From assembly GCA_902801845.1 (NCBI GenBank), contig CADCJW010000002.1:305627-369626 (forward strand): 64,000 nucleotides of DNA, in the 5' to 3' direction. How positions within the stretch are numbered: the first letter of the stretch is position 1; each line of letters starts with the position of its first letter. Below, piece after piece: positions 53,424-62,970 of this stretch. The notes under the pieces are model-generated. The model was given only the letters and a program-made list of their open reading frames with translations. It was not told the DNA's origin and searched no databases. A program made the position numbers and the translations under genes. This DNA comes from an uncultured Eubacteriales bacterium (lineage in GTDB: Bacteria; Bacillota; Clostridia; Christensenellales; CAG-138).

Positions 53424-55382
53424 TTACTCGCCAGCCAGCCAGGCTTCCTTGGCGGCATAGTACTCGGAAGCGAGCACGGGCGCATCCAGGAGCTCCATGT
53501 ACTTGAAGTAGGGCACCTGGTTGTAAGCGGCCTGGCCATAGAGACCGTAGGCGGCGGAGAAGGGCTTCACCTTGCTGACGGTCAGGGAGGCGCCGTTGGT
53601 GCTGTAGGGACGGAGGATACCGCCGGTCAGCAGCATGGCCTCGGCCTGGGCAAAGAGCTCGATGCGCTCGTCGCCGGAGGCCAGGGTGGCCTTGTCGACA
53701 ACGGCCTGGATCTCTTCGAGACCAAGCTCCTTGAGAACGGCCTTCTGCTCGTCGTCCTGACCCTGGCTCTCGTAGTTGATGCCGGAGTAGTTGAGCATGT
53801 CGCCGTCATGGATGTCGAAGCAGTGGAGGTAGGTCAGAGGATCGCCGTAGTCGGGACCCCAGCCAGCGCCGAACACCAGGTCGATGGAGTTGGACACACC
53901 GTCGGGCTGGTTGTAGAAGGCGGAGTAGTAGACGGAGCTGTTGCCCTCGAGGAACTGCAGGTCGATCTGGACGTAGTCGCCGATGGCATCCTCGATGGCC
54001 TTCTCCATGGCCAGCTGCATGTTCTTCTGGTTCTCAGAGGCAGCGTACACAGGCACATCCAGGTGGACAGGCCAGGAAGCGACCTTGTCGCCCAGCTCTT
54101 CCTTGGCGCGCTCGGCAAAGACCTTGGCCCGCTCGGGGTTGTACCAGGCATCCTGACCATCGTTCAGGTTGATGCCCGCGAATTCGGGAACCAGCTCGCC
54201 GGCGTACTTCTCGACGAGGGAGCCATAGGCGCGGCCGTCGGAAGTGATAGCGAAGGTGTAGGGCACCAGGGTGTTACGGATGACGTCGTCGGCAAGCTCT
54301 TCACCGCGGGTCACGGCCTCGACCACATGAGCGGAGTAGGCGGCGTAGACGGCGCGACGGAAGTCGGCGTTCAGGATGGCGGCCTTGGTGTCAGCCTTCT
54401 CCTGATCGGTGGTCTTGGAGGTGGTGGACACGGAAGGATCGTTGTACAGGTTGTACATACGACGGTCCCAGTTGAAGGCGCCCCAGAAGGAGGTGGCGGT
54501 GGTCATGGACTTGTACTGGTTGTCCTTGTACAGCTCATCGGCCTTGGCCTTGACCTCGGGCAGGGACTGGTTGATGGCGGTGGAGGTGACTTCGCCGTTC
54601 ACGAACATATTGAAGTTCTGGGCGGGATCCTTGCCATCGGAGTAGGTGACGACCACGTGCTGCACATGGACGTTGTCCTTGTCATAGTAGTTGGGGTTGG
54701 CGTCGAACCGGACCTCCTGGGCAGGAACCAGGGAGGAGAGGATGTAGCAGCCGTTGTAGAGGATGGAGTCGGGCTGGACAGCGCCGAAGTCAGCACCCTT
54801 GGACTCGAGGAACTCGGCATTGATGGGCCAGAGGATGGAGTAGGTGGTCATGCCATCGAAGTAGCCGCAGGGGCCGGTGAGGGTGTAGACCAGCTTGTTG
54901 CCATCCGCCTTGCAGCCGACCTCTTCCCAAGCGCCGGTGCCCTCGGAGTAGGCGCGCAGACCAACGATCAGGTCGGCGACCAGGCCCAGGGTCTCGGACT
55001 TGGAATCAGCGGCATGCTTGAGGCCGGTGACGAAGTCTTCGGCAGTCACGGCATCATACTCTTCACCGGAGTTGGTGGACCAGACGGCGTCGTCACGGAT
55101 GATGAAGGTCCACTCGGAGCTGTCATCATTGTGGCTCCACTCCTTGGCCATGCCGGCGATCAGCTTGCCATGAGGATCCTGAGTGAGCAGGCCCTCGATG
55201 AAGTTGGAAGTGTAGTCACCGTTGGAGGACTTGTTGTTGTAAACATAGTCCAGGGTGGTGATGTCGAAGTTGGCGATCATGTTGAACGTGTCAGGGCCAT
55301 CATAGGCCATGGCAGGCTTGGCAATGGCGACGATCGAGAAGACCATCAACAGAGCCATCAACGAAGCGACCAGTTTCTTCAT
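53424..55382 (-). CDS. Family-5 substrate-binding protein (Opp-2)
   Basis: 652 aa. The signal peptide MKKLVASLMALLMVFSIVAIAKPAMA has no lipobox Cys. Confidence 0.8.
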   Translation of the reverse strand: MKKLVASLMALLMVFSIVAIAKPAMAYDGPDTFNMIANFDITTLDYVYNNKSSNGDYTSNFIEGLLTQDPHGKLIAGMAKEWSHNDDSSEWTFIIRDDAVWSTNSGEEYDAVTAEDFVTGLKHAADSKSETLGLVADLIVGLRAYSEGTGAWEEVGCKADGNKLVYTLTGPCGYFDGMTTYSILWPINAEFLESKGADFGAVQPDSILYNGCYILSSLVPAQEVRFDANPNYYDKDNVHVQHVVVTYSDGKDPAQNFNMFVNGEVTSTAINQSLPEVKAKADELYKDNQYKSMTTATSFWGAFNWDRRMYNLYNDPSVSTTSKTTDQEKADTKAAILNADFRRAVYAAYSAHVVEAVTRGEELADDVIRNTLVPYTFAITSDGRAYGSLVEKYAGELVPEFAGINLNDGQDAWYNPERAKVFAERAKEELGDKVASWPVHLDVPVYAASENQKNMQLAMEKAIEDAIGDYVQIDLQFLEGNSSVYYSAFYNQPDGVSNSIDLVFGAGWGPDYGDPLTYLHCFDIHDGDMLNYSGINYESQGQDDEQKAVLKELGLEEIQAVVDKATLASGDERIELFAQAEAMLLTGGILRPYSTNGASLTVSKVKPFSAAYGLYGQAAYNQVPYFKYMELLDAPVLASEYYAAKEAWLAGE

Positions 55383-55447
55383 TTGGATTTCCTCCTGTGT
55401 TTTTTGTTTTGTACAGAAACGTATAGTTCCCGCTTGTACAGTTAGTA

Positions 55448-55476
55448 ATTATACAAACATCCCCCCTGTTTGTCAA
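55448..55476 (-). promoter_or_regulatory. Opp-2 operon promoter
   Basis: On the minus strand: TTGACA, 17-nt spacer, TATAAT (consensus hexamers). Confidence 0.7.
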
Positions 55477-55625
55477 GACGATGCAGGGAGGATGGGCTAA
55501 AGATTAAATGATTTTTCCGCGAATACTGGAAATTTTCCAGATGTTGGCCGAGACGTTCGGCGATTCTTTCGTTTCAAAGAACAATCATCGTTTTTCTTGC
55601 ATATATCCCGTATGGGTCGGCACGG

Positions 55626-56852
55626 CTATTGTCCATCCGACAGGGCCTCGATGGCGGCGATCCGCTGGCTCAGGGTGGGGTGGGAGTATTCGAGGGCCAC
55701 CAGAATGGGGGACGGGGACAGATCGGCGAAGTTCTCTCGGCTCAGCTTTTTGAGGGCGCGGATGAGGGCGTCGCCATAGCCCTCCTGCACCGCCTGGGCG
55801 TCGGCCCGGTACTCCGCCCGGCGGGAGAACCAGCTGGCGAGGAGGCCGAAGAGGGGCGAGACGAGGGCGAACTCCACGCTCATGATGAGCAGCAGAGCAA
55901 AGCCGTAGTTCACCTCCGTAAAGCCGAAGCTGCGGAAGATCTCGGGATAGCGGAGGGTGGCCCAAGCCAGCACCCCCAGCACCAGCATCTGCAGGAAGAC
56001 CAGGACGTGGTTCTTCAGGGTATCTTTATGCAGGCCGTGGCCCATCTCGTGGGCGAAGACGGCCAGGATCTCGTCGGTGGTCATGGTGGAGATCAGGGTG
56101 TCGTAGAGGACGATGGTCTTCATCTTCCCGAAGCCGGTGAAGTAGGCGTTGGACTTGGTGGACCGGCGGGAGGCGTCCATGACCTGGATGGCCCGGACCT
56201 TGTACCCGTTCTTCTCCAACAGCTTGGTGATGCCCTCCTTCAGCTCCCCGTCGGGGAGGGGCGTGAACTTGTTGAAGATGCGGCTGAAGAAGGGGGACAG
56301 GAAGGTGATGAACAGCAAGAACAGGGTGGCGAACACGGCGAAGGCCAGGATGAGCCAATCCCCGAAGCTCTTGTGGAGGCCCATGACCATGGACGCAAGG
56401 CCCACCATCAGCAGCAGGTTCAGGATGAACTCCTTCACCTTGTCCCCGAAAAAGGTCTTGCCGCTGGTGCGGTTGAAGCCGTACTTCTCCTCAATGTGCA
56501 TGGTGTCATACCAGGAGAAGGGGATGAGGGGAAGCGTAGCCAGGGCGGAAAGGAGCATGACCGCGAACAGCTGCCACCAGACCTGGTCCGGAAAGAGCCG
56601 GGCGAAGGCAGCGTAGGCGTCGGTGAGGATCAGCACGAGATCGATGGCGAAGCTCACGGCGGCGGTGAGGATGCCGAAACGGACCTTCTCCCCGTGGTAG
56701 GCCTTCCATTTGAGATAGGTGTCGGCGTCGTACACGTCCGCCACGTTCTTGGGAACAGGGTTGTGGGCGGAGCGGTAGCGCAAAACGTCCAAAAACAGCC
56801 CGTAGAGATATACAACGATGAGGATCAGGACGGCGATGGCTTTGAAGTTCAT
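55626..56852 (-). CDS. M48-family (Ste24/HtpX-like) zinc metalloprotease
   Basis: 408 aa, multiple TM helices, HEMGH zinc motif. Confidence 0.8.
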   Translation of the reverse strand: MNFKAIAVLILIVVYLYGLFLDVLRYRSAHNPVPKNVADVYDADTYLKWKAYHGEKVRFGILTAAVSFAIDLVLILTDAYAAFARLFPDQVWWQLFAVMLLSALATLPLIPFSWYDTMHIEEKYGFNRTSGKTFFGDKVKEFILNLLLMVGLASMVMGLHKSFGDWLILAFAVFATLFLLFITFLSPFFSRIFNKFTPLPDGELKEGITKLLEKNGYKVRAIQVMDASRRSTKSNAYFTGFGKMKTIVLYDTLISTMTTDEILAVFAHEMGHGLHKDTLKNHVLVFLQMLVLGVLAWATLRYPEIFRSFGFTEVNYGFALLLIMSVEFALVSPLFGLLASWFSRRAEYRADAQAVQEGYGDALIRALKKLSRENFADLSPSPILVALEYSHPTLSQRIAAIEALSDGQ

Positions 56853-56982
56853 AGAGTTTCTTCCTTATAAAAATATATGGTATATGATGTTTTGGCGGGA
56901 CGGGTACAGTATACCACGATCGGCTCCCGGAATAAAGGGGGAAACGCTACGAAGCGCGGCGCCCTTCGCCGCAAGCCGCCGA

Positions 56983-58611
56983 TCAGCGGTCCGTCCCCCT
57001 GGCCACGTGGGCCGGATACCAGTTCTGGAACCATGCGGTGAACAAGCCCATAAGCGCCGTGAGCCCGTAGATAAGGATCTGCCCGAGGCCCATGCGACCG
57101 GTCCGCTGGAGCAGAGGCATGGCGGCGCCGATGAGCAGGTACAGGATCCCCCACCCGGCAGCCAGGATGTAGTTCGTCCTCATGAAGATGGGGTTGCTCA
57201 GAGCTCTGTCCCCGCCGTAGCCGTACTTGACGTAGGCGGCGCAGAGGGGCTCCCTGGTACAGCAGGACAAAAGCCAGAGCAGCCCGAAGGCCGGATAGCT
57301 GAGACAGAGCGCCAGCCCGGTCTTGCCCGTGAACAGGGCGAGGCCGCAGAGCAGGGCCGTGACGGCGGAGGACAGGGTGTCGTACACGGTCCTTTCAAAC
57401 CGGATCGTCAGGACCGGGAGCAGCAGGATGAAGGCCAGAGCCGCGGCCACGCCCGTCGGGGAGGCTATGGACAGGCCGATCCACAGCGCCATCCAGGACA
57501 GCAGCAGAAACAGGAGCCGGGGCGGTTTCTTCCCTGGCTTTTCCGCCCTCACGGGCTCCTCCTCCGCCTCCGCCGAGCCGAAGAAGCGATCCCAATGGAT
57601 CATCAGGGAGAAGTCTCCCTTGACCCTGTATTTTTGCTCCATGAGGGCGGCGTCGCCCCGGATCTCGCCGGCGGCGATCTGCTGCCAAAGGGTGAAGGGG
57701 GTCTCGATCCGGGTGGTGAAGGGCTTCTCGGGCTGAGGGAGCACCCGACTCCCCTCCCTCTCCAACAGGATCTGATAGGTCTCGCCCAGGTCCGTATAGT
57801 GCATCTCCAGCACCCTATCCTGGCCGTCGTAGCTGGCTTTGTTGTACAGAGCCGCCATTTGCCGGGTGAAGGACAGGGCCCCGCTCTCCTTTTCGCCGGT
57901 CTCCCGGTCCACGCCCCAGCTGGCGTCGGCCATGGTCTCAAATACCTGCTTGGGGAACAGCAGCCGGGCCAGCTCCGCCTTCGTCTCGGCGGAGATCCTG
58001 TCCGCGGCGAACTCCTGCCCCGCCCTGCGGCAGAGGGAAAGATATTCGTCCGTCCGCTGAGAGAGCTCCTTCACGCGGAACAGCTCACCCTGGCCGCAGA
58101 AGATCGTCTCGTATTTGCCCTTGCCGCAGAAATGATCGAACATCGAACAGACGCTGTCGTAGTTCTTCTCGGCGGAATAGAAGCCGCAGGTGGAGATGAG
58201 CACATGGCGCTGGCCCTCCATATCGTAGCGCATGGGGTGGCTGCCGCTGCCTATGCCGTCGGTGTTCTCCGCCATGAAGGGGAGCGCCATGGGCAGCTGG
58301 CGGTCGATGAAGTTCTTCAGGGGGCCCGGCACGTTGAAGAAATAGAGGGGGAAGCTCCACACCACCAGATCGGCCCGGATCCGCTTCTCCAAAAGCTCCG
58401 GCATATCGTCGTCGATGATGCAGCGGCCGGGGGTCTTGCACCAGCAGCCAAAGCAGCCTCGGCAAGGCTCGACGCGCTTGCCCTTCAAATCGATCTGCTC
58501 GATCTTCGCTTCGGGAACGGCGCTTGTATAGCCCTCGAGAAAGGCCTCTGCCAGGCGCAGGGAGTTGCTGGCCCGCCCCTTGGGGCTTCCGTTAATCAGC
58601 AGGATATTCAT
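56983..58611 (-). CDS. Three-part fusion: flavodoxin-like NAD(P)H-dependent FMN reductase domain, SCP2 sterol-carrier-like domain, and a C-terminal polytopic membrane domain
   Basis: N-terminal MNILLINGSPKG...CxxCxxC region. The middle segment (..ALMEQKYRVKGDFSLM..) is SCP2-like. The last 170 aa or so form about 5 hydrophobic helices. Confidence 0.6.
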   Translation of the reverse strand: MNILLINGSPKGRASNSLRLAEAFLEGYTSAVPEAKIEQIDLKGKRVEPCRGCFGCWCKTPGRCIIDDDMPELLEKRIRADLVVWSFPLYFFNVPGPLKNFIDRQLPMALPFMAENTDGIGSGSHPMRYDMEGQRHVLISTCGFYSAEKNYDSVCSMFDHFCGKGKYETIFCGQGELFRVKELSQRTDEYLSLCRRAGQEFAADRISAETKAELARLLFPKQVFETMADASWGVDRETGEKESGALSFTRQMAALYNKASYDGQDRVLEMHYTDLGETYQILLEREGSRVLPQPEKPFTTRIETPFTLWQQIAAGEIRGDAALMEQKYRVKGDFSLMIHWDRFFGSAEAEEEPVRAEKPGKKPPRLLFLLLSWMALWIGLSIASPTGVAAALAFILLLPVLTIRFERTVYDTLSSAVTALLCGLALFTGKTGLALCLSYPAFGLLWLLSCCTREPLCAAYVKYGYGGDRALSNPIFMRTNYILAAGWGILYLLIGAAMPLLQRTGRMGLGQILIYGLTALMGLFTAWFQNWYPAHVARGTDR

Positions 58612-59149
58612 GCTTCATCTCCTCCAGTTTCTGCATGCAGTCTTCGCTCCACCGGCGAAGCAGGTCCATATACATCACGCCGTATTCGATGGTCATGTTC
58701 CAATAGACGGCCCGCCGGGGATCCTGGATGACCCGTTCATATTCTGCGGCGATGGCCGGGGGCTGCTTCATGGTCTCCATCGCCTCCACCGCGAAACGGT
58801 GCATGGCCTCGAAATAGCGGATGTTCTCCTCCGGCGGCAGCTCGCCCCGGAAGAAGGTCCGCATGAGCAGCGGGCTATTGGCCGTCTCCTTCCGATCCTC
58901 TAAAAGCCAGTGGCGCAGCTCCTCCCGGCCTGCTTCGGTGACGGAAAAGACGTTTTTATCCGGCTTCCCCTTCTGGGGGACGGTCACGTCCGACACCCAG
59001 CCCCGGGCTTTGAGTTCCTTCAGCTCCCGATAGATCTGGCTGGTCTGCGCCTGCCAGAAAAAGGCCAGGGAGTCCTTGAAAACGCCCCGGATCTCATACC
59101 CCGTCATGTCATGATAATTCAGAAGGCCCAGGATGCCGTGTTTCAGCAT
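58592..59149 (-). CDS. PadR-family transcriptional regulator
   Basis: Start at ATG 59149 (RBS GAGGAG). The N-terminal LGLL....MTGYEI.......FW....SQIYRELK.L pattern is typical of PadR. Confidence 0.8.
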   Translation of the reverse strand: MLKHGILGLLNYHDMTGYEIRGVFKDSLAFFWQAQTSQIYRELKELKARGWVSDVTVPQKGKPDKNVFSVTEAGREELRHWLLEDRKETANSPLLMRTFFRGELPPEENIRYFEAMHRFAVEAMETMKQPPAIAAEYERVIQDPRRAVYWNMTIEYGVMYMDLLRRWSEDCMQKLEEMKHEYPAD

Positions 59150-59165
59150 GGTTCTCGCTCCTCTC

Positions 59166-59210
59166 ATATTCCACTTGTAGTATAATATTCTATAAGTGGA
59201 ATATTGTCAA
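59166..59210 (-). promoter_or_regulatory. PadR promoter with a flanking 11-bp inverted repeat (candidate autoregulatory operator)
   Basis: On the minus strand: TTGACA, 17-nt spacer, TATTAT. ATATTCCACTT (59166-59176) and AAGTGGAATAT (59194-59204) bracket the -10. Confidence 0.6.
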
Positions 59211-59220
59211 CCCCCCAAAC

Positions 59221-59257
59221 GGCAAAACAAAAGGGACAGTCCGAAGACTGTCCCTCT
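59221..59257 (-). terminator. Terminator after the PH-domain gene
   Basis: AGGGACAGTC-ttcg-GACTGTCCCT followed by TTTTGTTTT on the minus strand. Confidence 0.7.
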
Positions 59258-59270
59258 TGAATGGTTTGGT

Positions 59271-59660
59271 TTACTCAACTGCCGGGATAGGCTGCTCCAT
59301 GGCCCAGGTGAACAGGTCCTTGAGCTTGCCCTGGACGTTGGTGAAGGTGAAGGAGGCGCCGCCGTTGGTCTCGATGGTGAGACTGGAGAACAGCAGCTTC
59401 TTCTCGAACCGCCAGTCCTTTACGGACGCTCGCCGGATGACCTTCACGTCCCCTCCCCCCAAGGAGGTGAAGAGGATGACGATCCGCCGGTCGGTGACGG
59501 CCACCATCTTCCGGTTGCCCTCGTGGACGCCGGTGAGCAGGCAGTTGAGCCGCTCATACTCCCCCAGCATCCCGCACAGGGCCTTGAGCTCCTTGCGATA
59601 ATAGAAATCGCTGTAGATGCCCAGCTCCCTAAGCCGGTTGTCGAGATCGCTCCGGATCAT
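59271..59660 (-). CDS. Bacterial PH-domain (YokE-like) protein
   Basis: 129 aa. The ...G.....VA.TD.R...... pattern is followed by beta-rich repeats. The family assignment is tentative. Confidence 0.45.
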   Translation of the reverse strand: MIRSDLDNRLRELGIYSDFYYRKELKALCGMLGEYERLNCLLTGVHEGNRKMVAVTDRRIVILFTSLGGGDVKVIRRASVKDWRFEKKLLFSSLTIETNGGASFTFTNVQGKLKDLFTWAMEQPIPAVE

Positions 59661-59663
59661 GCC

Positions 59664-60977
59664 TTATTTCAGCACGGAATCGGCCTTGAGGAAGCCCAAC
59701 TGCTTGGCGATGCAGCAGGTGCAGGTCAAGTCGCCGGTGACGTTCAGGGCGGTACGGCCCATGTCGAGGATGGCGTCGATGCCCAGGATCATGGCATAGG
59801 CACCGGCCAGGACAGAACCGGCCTCGATGGGCAGGTTGATGCCCTGCATGACCATGGCCAGCATGATGGCGCCGGCGCCGGGCACACCCGCGGTGCCGAT
59901 GGAGGCCAACGTGGCGAGCAGGACGATCATGCCCATCTCACCCATGGTCAGGCCACGGCCGAAGCAGGACATGACCAGGAAGAAGGCGCAGACGCCCTGG
60001 TAGATGGCCGTGCCGTCCATGTTGATGGTGGCGCCCAGAGGCAGGGAGAAGGCGTACACTTCCTTGTCCACGCCCAGATTCTCCGCCGCGGCGAAGGTGG
60101 TGGGCAGGGTGCCGTTGGAAGAACGGGTGACGAAGGCGGTGATGAAGGGCGTCCGGGCCTCCTTGAAGAAGGTGCCCAGCTTGATCTTGAAGATGGCCAG
60201 CAGGCCGCCGTAGACCAGCACGATGTGGATGGCGTAGCCCAGGAAGCAGGCCAGGGTCACCGTGGCCAGCGCGCCGGCCACCTTGGCGCCGTTCTTGGCG
60301 AAGACCTCGCAGATCAGCACGGCCACGCCGATGGGAGCATACTGCATGATGCCGGAGACGATCTTCATCATGATCTCGGCCAGGCAGTCGAAGATGTTGT
60401 ACATGGTGGTGGAGATGGTGCGGATGCGCTCATTCTCGGACACCTTCATGAAGGACAGGCAGAGGCCGAAGATCAGGGAGAAGAAGATGACCTGAAGCAC
60501 GGTCTCGTTCACCAGGGACTGAAGCACGCTGGTGGGGATAATCTCCGCGATGACGTTCCACACGCTCACGTCCGCGGTCTTACCGGCGGCCTCGGCGGCC
60601 AGCTCGGTGACCTGGGCCAGCTCAGCATGGGGCTGGAAGACGTTGCCCATGACGAGGCCGATGATGACGCCGAAGGCGGAGGTGATCAGGTAGATGATGA
60701 CCACGCGGATACCGACCTTGCCCACGTTAGCGGGAGAGACGGAGGACGCGCCCACCACCAGGGAACCGACGATCATGGGGATGATGATCATCTTCAGCAA
60801 CCGGGTGAAGATGGTGCCGAACATGCTGATCCACTTGGGCAGGGCCGTGACGCCGGAAGCCGCCAGGATGATGCCCGCGACCGCGCCGATGACGAGGCCG
60901 ATAAGGATCTTGTAGAGTACGTTGAAGTTCAGGTATGCTCTGAGGATACCGCCCTTCTTGGGTTCGTTGTTTGCCAT
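59664..60977 (-). CDS. Dicarboxylate/amino acid:cation symporter (DAACS; GltP/SstT-like)
   Basis: Start at ATG 60977 (RBS AGGAGG). About 437 aa with the conserved ...SSNGTLP... and ...NMDGTA.Y... motifs. Confidence 0.8.
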   Translation of the reverse strand: MANNEPKKGGILRAYLNFNVLYKILIGLVIGAVAGIILAASGVTALPKWISMFGTIFTRLLKMIIIPMIVGSLVVGASSVSPANVGKVGIRVVIIYLITSAFGVIIGLVMGNVFQPHAELAQVTELAAEAAGKTADVSVWNVIAEIIPTSVLQSLVNETVLQVIFFSLIFGLCLSFMKVSENERIRTISTTMYNIFDCLAEIMMKIVSGIMQYAPIGVAVLICEVFAKNGAKVAGALATVTLACFLGYAIHIVLVYGGLLAIFKIKLGTFFKEARTPFITAFVTRSSNGTLPTTFAAAENLGVDKEVYAFSLPLGATINMDGTAIYQGVCAFFLVMSCFGRGLTMGEMGMIVLLATLASIGTAGVPGAGAIMLAMVMQGINLPIEAGSVLAGAYAMILGIDAILDMGRTALNVTGDLTCTCCIAKQLGFLKADSVLK

Positions 60978-61170
60978 AAATACCCCTCCTGAATGTTTTT
61001 TCCCCACGCCCGGCAAAACCGGGCAAATCGGGATGGTAATAGTATATCATGGGGCGGCAGGATATGGAAGAGAAAACGAAAAAAGTTCAAACATTTTGGC
61101 ATTTTGGTGAACTCGGCCCGGAATGCTGCTCATAAAAAGGGAAGGGCGTGAACCCTCCCTTTATATTCCT

Positions 61171-61220
61171 GAGCTTTTCTTTTCGGCTCCTTTTCTTTTC
61201 ACTGAAAAGAAAAGGAACAA
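61171..61220 (+). repeat. Intergenic hairpin repeat, copy 6 (forward, variant)
   Basis: GAGCTTTTCTTTTCGG flank, then TCCTTTTCTTTTCA-c-TGAAAAGAAAAGGA. The internal C-to-T and G-to-A changes relative to the consensus are compensatory. Confidence 0.8.
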
Positions 61221-61230
61221 AGGTATCCCC

Positions 61231-62154
61231 TTACTGCAGGAACCCGTTGATGATCTGCTCCTCGGCCTCGGCTTCCGTGAGGCCCAGGGTCATGAGCTTG
61301 GTGAGCTGCTCCCCGGCGATCTTGCCGATGGCGGCCTCGTGGACCAGCGCCGCGTCCAGGTCGTTGGCTTCCAGCCCCGGCACCGCCAAAATGCGGCCCC
61401 GGTCCATGATGATGGAGTCGCACTCCGTATGGCCGGAACAGGGGGCGTTGCCCACGATCTTGGCGTCGAACTTCTGATAGGAATCATCCCGGGCCACGGA
61501 CCGGGAGACCACGTCCGCCGTGGCGCCGGCGCCGTTGAGGGAGACCACATAGGTGCTGACGGCCCGCTGCTCGCCGTGGGTCATCAGCCGCTCCCGGACC
61601 AGGAGCTTTGCCCCGGCTTTGAGCTCTGCGGTGGTGGTGCGGACGGTGTCGTCCACGCCCTTGATCTGCACCATCTCCATCTCGACGGTGCTGCCCTCCT
61701 CCTGGTAGACCTCGGTGCCCGGGTTCAGAATGCGCTTGCCCTTGCCCTCGCCGGAGCCGTAATGCTTTTCCACGTACTTCACATGGGCGTTTTTGCCCAC
61801 GTAGAACCGGTGGATGCCGTCGTGCTCCGCATCCTGGTTGCCGCAGTTGTCGATGCCGCAGCCCGCCACGATGAGCACGTCCGCCCCCTCGCCCACGAAA
61901 AAGTCGTTATAGACCACCTCTTTGAGGCCGGTCTGGGTGAGGACCACGGGGATGTGCACGCTCTCGTTCTTCGTGAAGGGGGCGATGCGGATGTCCATGC
62001 CGCTCACGTCGGTCTTGGACGTGATCTCGATGTTGGCCGTGGACCGGCGGCCCGCCATCTGGCTGTTGGAGCGGATGTTGTAGGCGCCCTCGGGCACGGC
62101 GTGCAGGTCCGCGATCTCCCGCAGGAGCCGCTTTTGGATCTCATCCAGCTTCAT
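61231..62154 (-). CDS. SufB/SufD-family Fe-S assembly protein (short, 307 aa)
   Basis: Start at ATG 62154, overlapping the sufC stop (ATGA). Beta-helix-like repeats and a C-terminal ...EAAIGKI..EQL..LM..GL.E.EA pattern typical of SufBD. Confidence 0.7.
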   Translation of the reverse strand: MKLDEIQKRLLREIADLHAVPEGAYNIRSNSQMAGRRSTANIEITSKTDVSGMDIRIAPFTKNESVHIPVVLTQTGLKEVVYNDFFVGEGADVLIVAGCGIDNCGNQDAEHDGIHRFYVGKNAHVKYVEKHYGSGEGKGKRILNPGTEVYQEEGSTVEMEMVQIKGVDDTVRTTTAELKAGAKLLVRERLMTHGEQRAVSTYVVSLNGAGATADVVSRSVARDDSYQKFDAKIVGNAPCSGHTECDSIIMDRGRILAVPGLEANDLDAALVHEAAIGKIAGEQLTKLMTLGLTEAEAEEQIINGFLQ

Positions 62155-62900
62155 GCGTCCACGCCTCCCTTCGGGCTGATCATGTGGCATTCGGACACGG
62201 CGGAGGAGGTGCCCATGAGCTGGGGCAGGATCTCGCTTCGGGTGCCCTGCTTCTCCACCCGGCCGTCCTTGATCATGACGATCTCGTCGGCGATGTTCAA
62301 AATGCGCTCCTGGTGGGAGATGATGAGGATGGAGCTGTTTTGCACGGTTTTGCGCATGCGCTCGAAGACCTCGATCAGGTTCTGAAAGCTCCACAGGTCG
62401 ATCCCCGCCTCGGGCTCGTCGAACACGGATAACGCCGCGCCCCGGGCCAGGACCGTGGCGATCTCGATGCGCTTGAGTTCACCGCCGGACAAACTGGCGT
62501 TCACCTCCCGGTCGATGTAGTCCCGGGCGCACAGGCCCACGGCGGACAGGTATTCGCAGGCCCCCGCCGGGCTCAGCTGCTTCCCGGCGGCGATGCGGAT
62601 AAGGTCCATGACCTTGATGCCTTTGAACCGGACCGGCTGCTGAAAGGCGTAGGCGATGCCCAGGCGCGCCCGGTCGGTGATGCTCTTGTCGGTGATGTCC
62701 TCGCCCCTGAAGAGGATGCGGCCCTCGGTGGGCTTTTCGATGCCTGCGATGAGCCGGGCCAGGGTGCTCTTGCCGCCGCCGTTGGGGCCGGTGATGACCA
62801 CCAGCTTGTTCTCGGGGATGTTGAGGCTCACCCCGCGGATGATCTCCTTGTCCCCCTTGTCCTCCGCCACCTGGAAGGACACGTTTTCCAATTCCAGCAT
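62151..62900 (-). CDS. sufC: Fe-S cluster assembly ATPase SufC-like
   Basis: Start at ATG 62900. Walker A GPNGGGKST, signature LSGGELKR, Walker B SVFDEPE, and an H-loop ISHQERIL. Confidence 0.8.
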   Translation of the reverse strand: MLELENVSFQVAEDKGDKEIIRGVSLNIPENKLVVITGPNGGGKSTLARLIAGIEKPTEGRILFRGEDITDKSITDRARLGIAYAFQQPVRFKGIKVMDLIRIAAGKQLSPAGACEYLSAVGLCARDYIDREVNASLSGGELKRIEIATVLARGAALSVFDEPEAGIDLWSFQNLIEVFERMRKTVQNSSILIISHQERILNIADEIVMIKDGRVEKQGTRSEILPQLMGTSSAVSECHMISPKGGVDA

Positions 62901-62970
62901 ATCTCTCCCTCGCTGTTGCACATAGTAAGGGTATTATACCAGAGTTTTATTGGAAAGAAAGACTTTTTTT

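Noticed and set aside
55526-55540. The palindrome CTGGAAATTTTCCAG upstream of the Opp-2 promoter as a CodY box
   Set aside because: It only partially resembles AATTTTCWGAAAATT (one half-site). It lies about 50 nt upstream of the -35 and just downstream of the M48 protease gene. It may be an operator, but I cannot support the assignment.
61231-62900. The SufC plus short SufBD-like pair without sufS/sufU/sufB as an anomaly
   Set aside because: Two-gene SufC/SufBD-like pairs are common in anaerobic Firmicutes, and the other suf genes may lie elsewhere. This is not evidence of anything unusual from this window alone.
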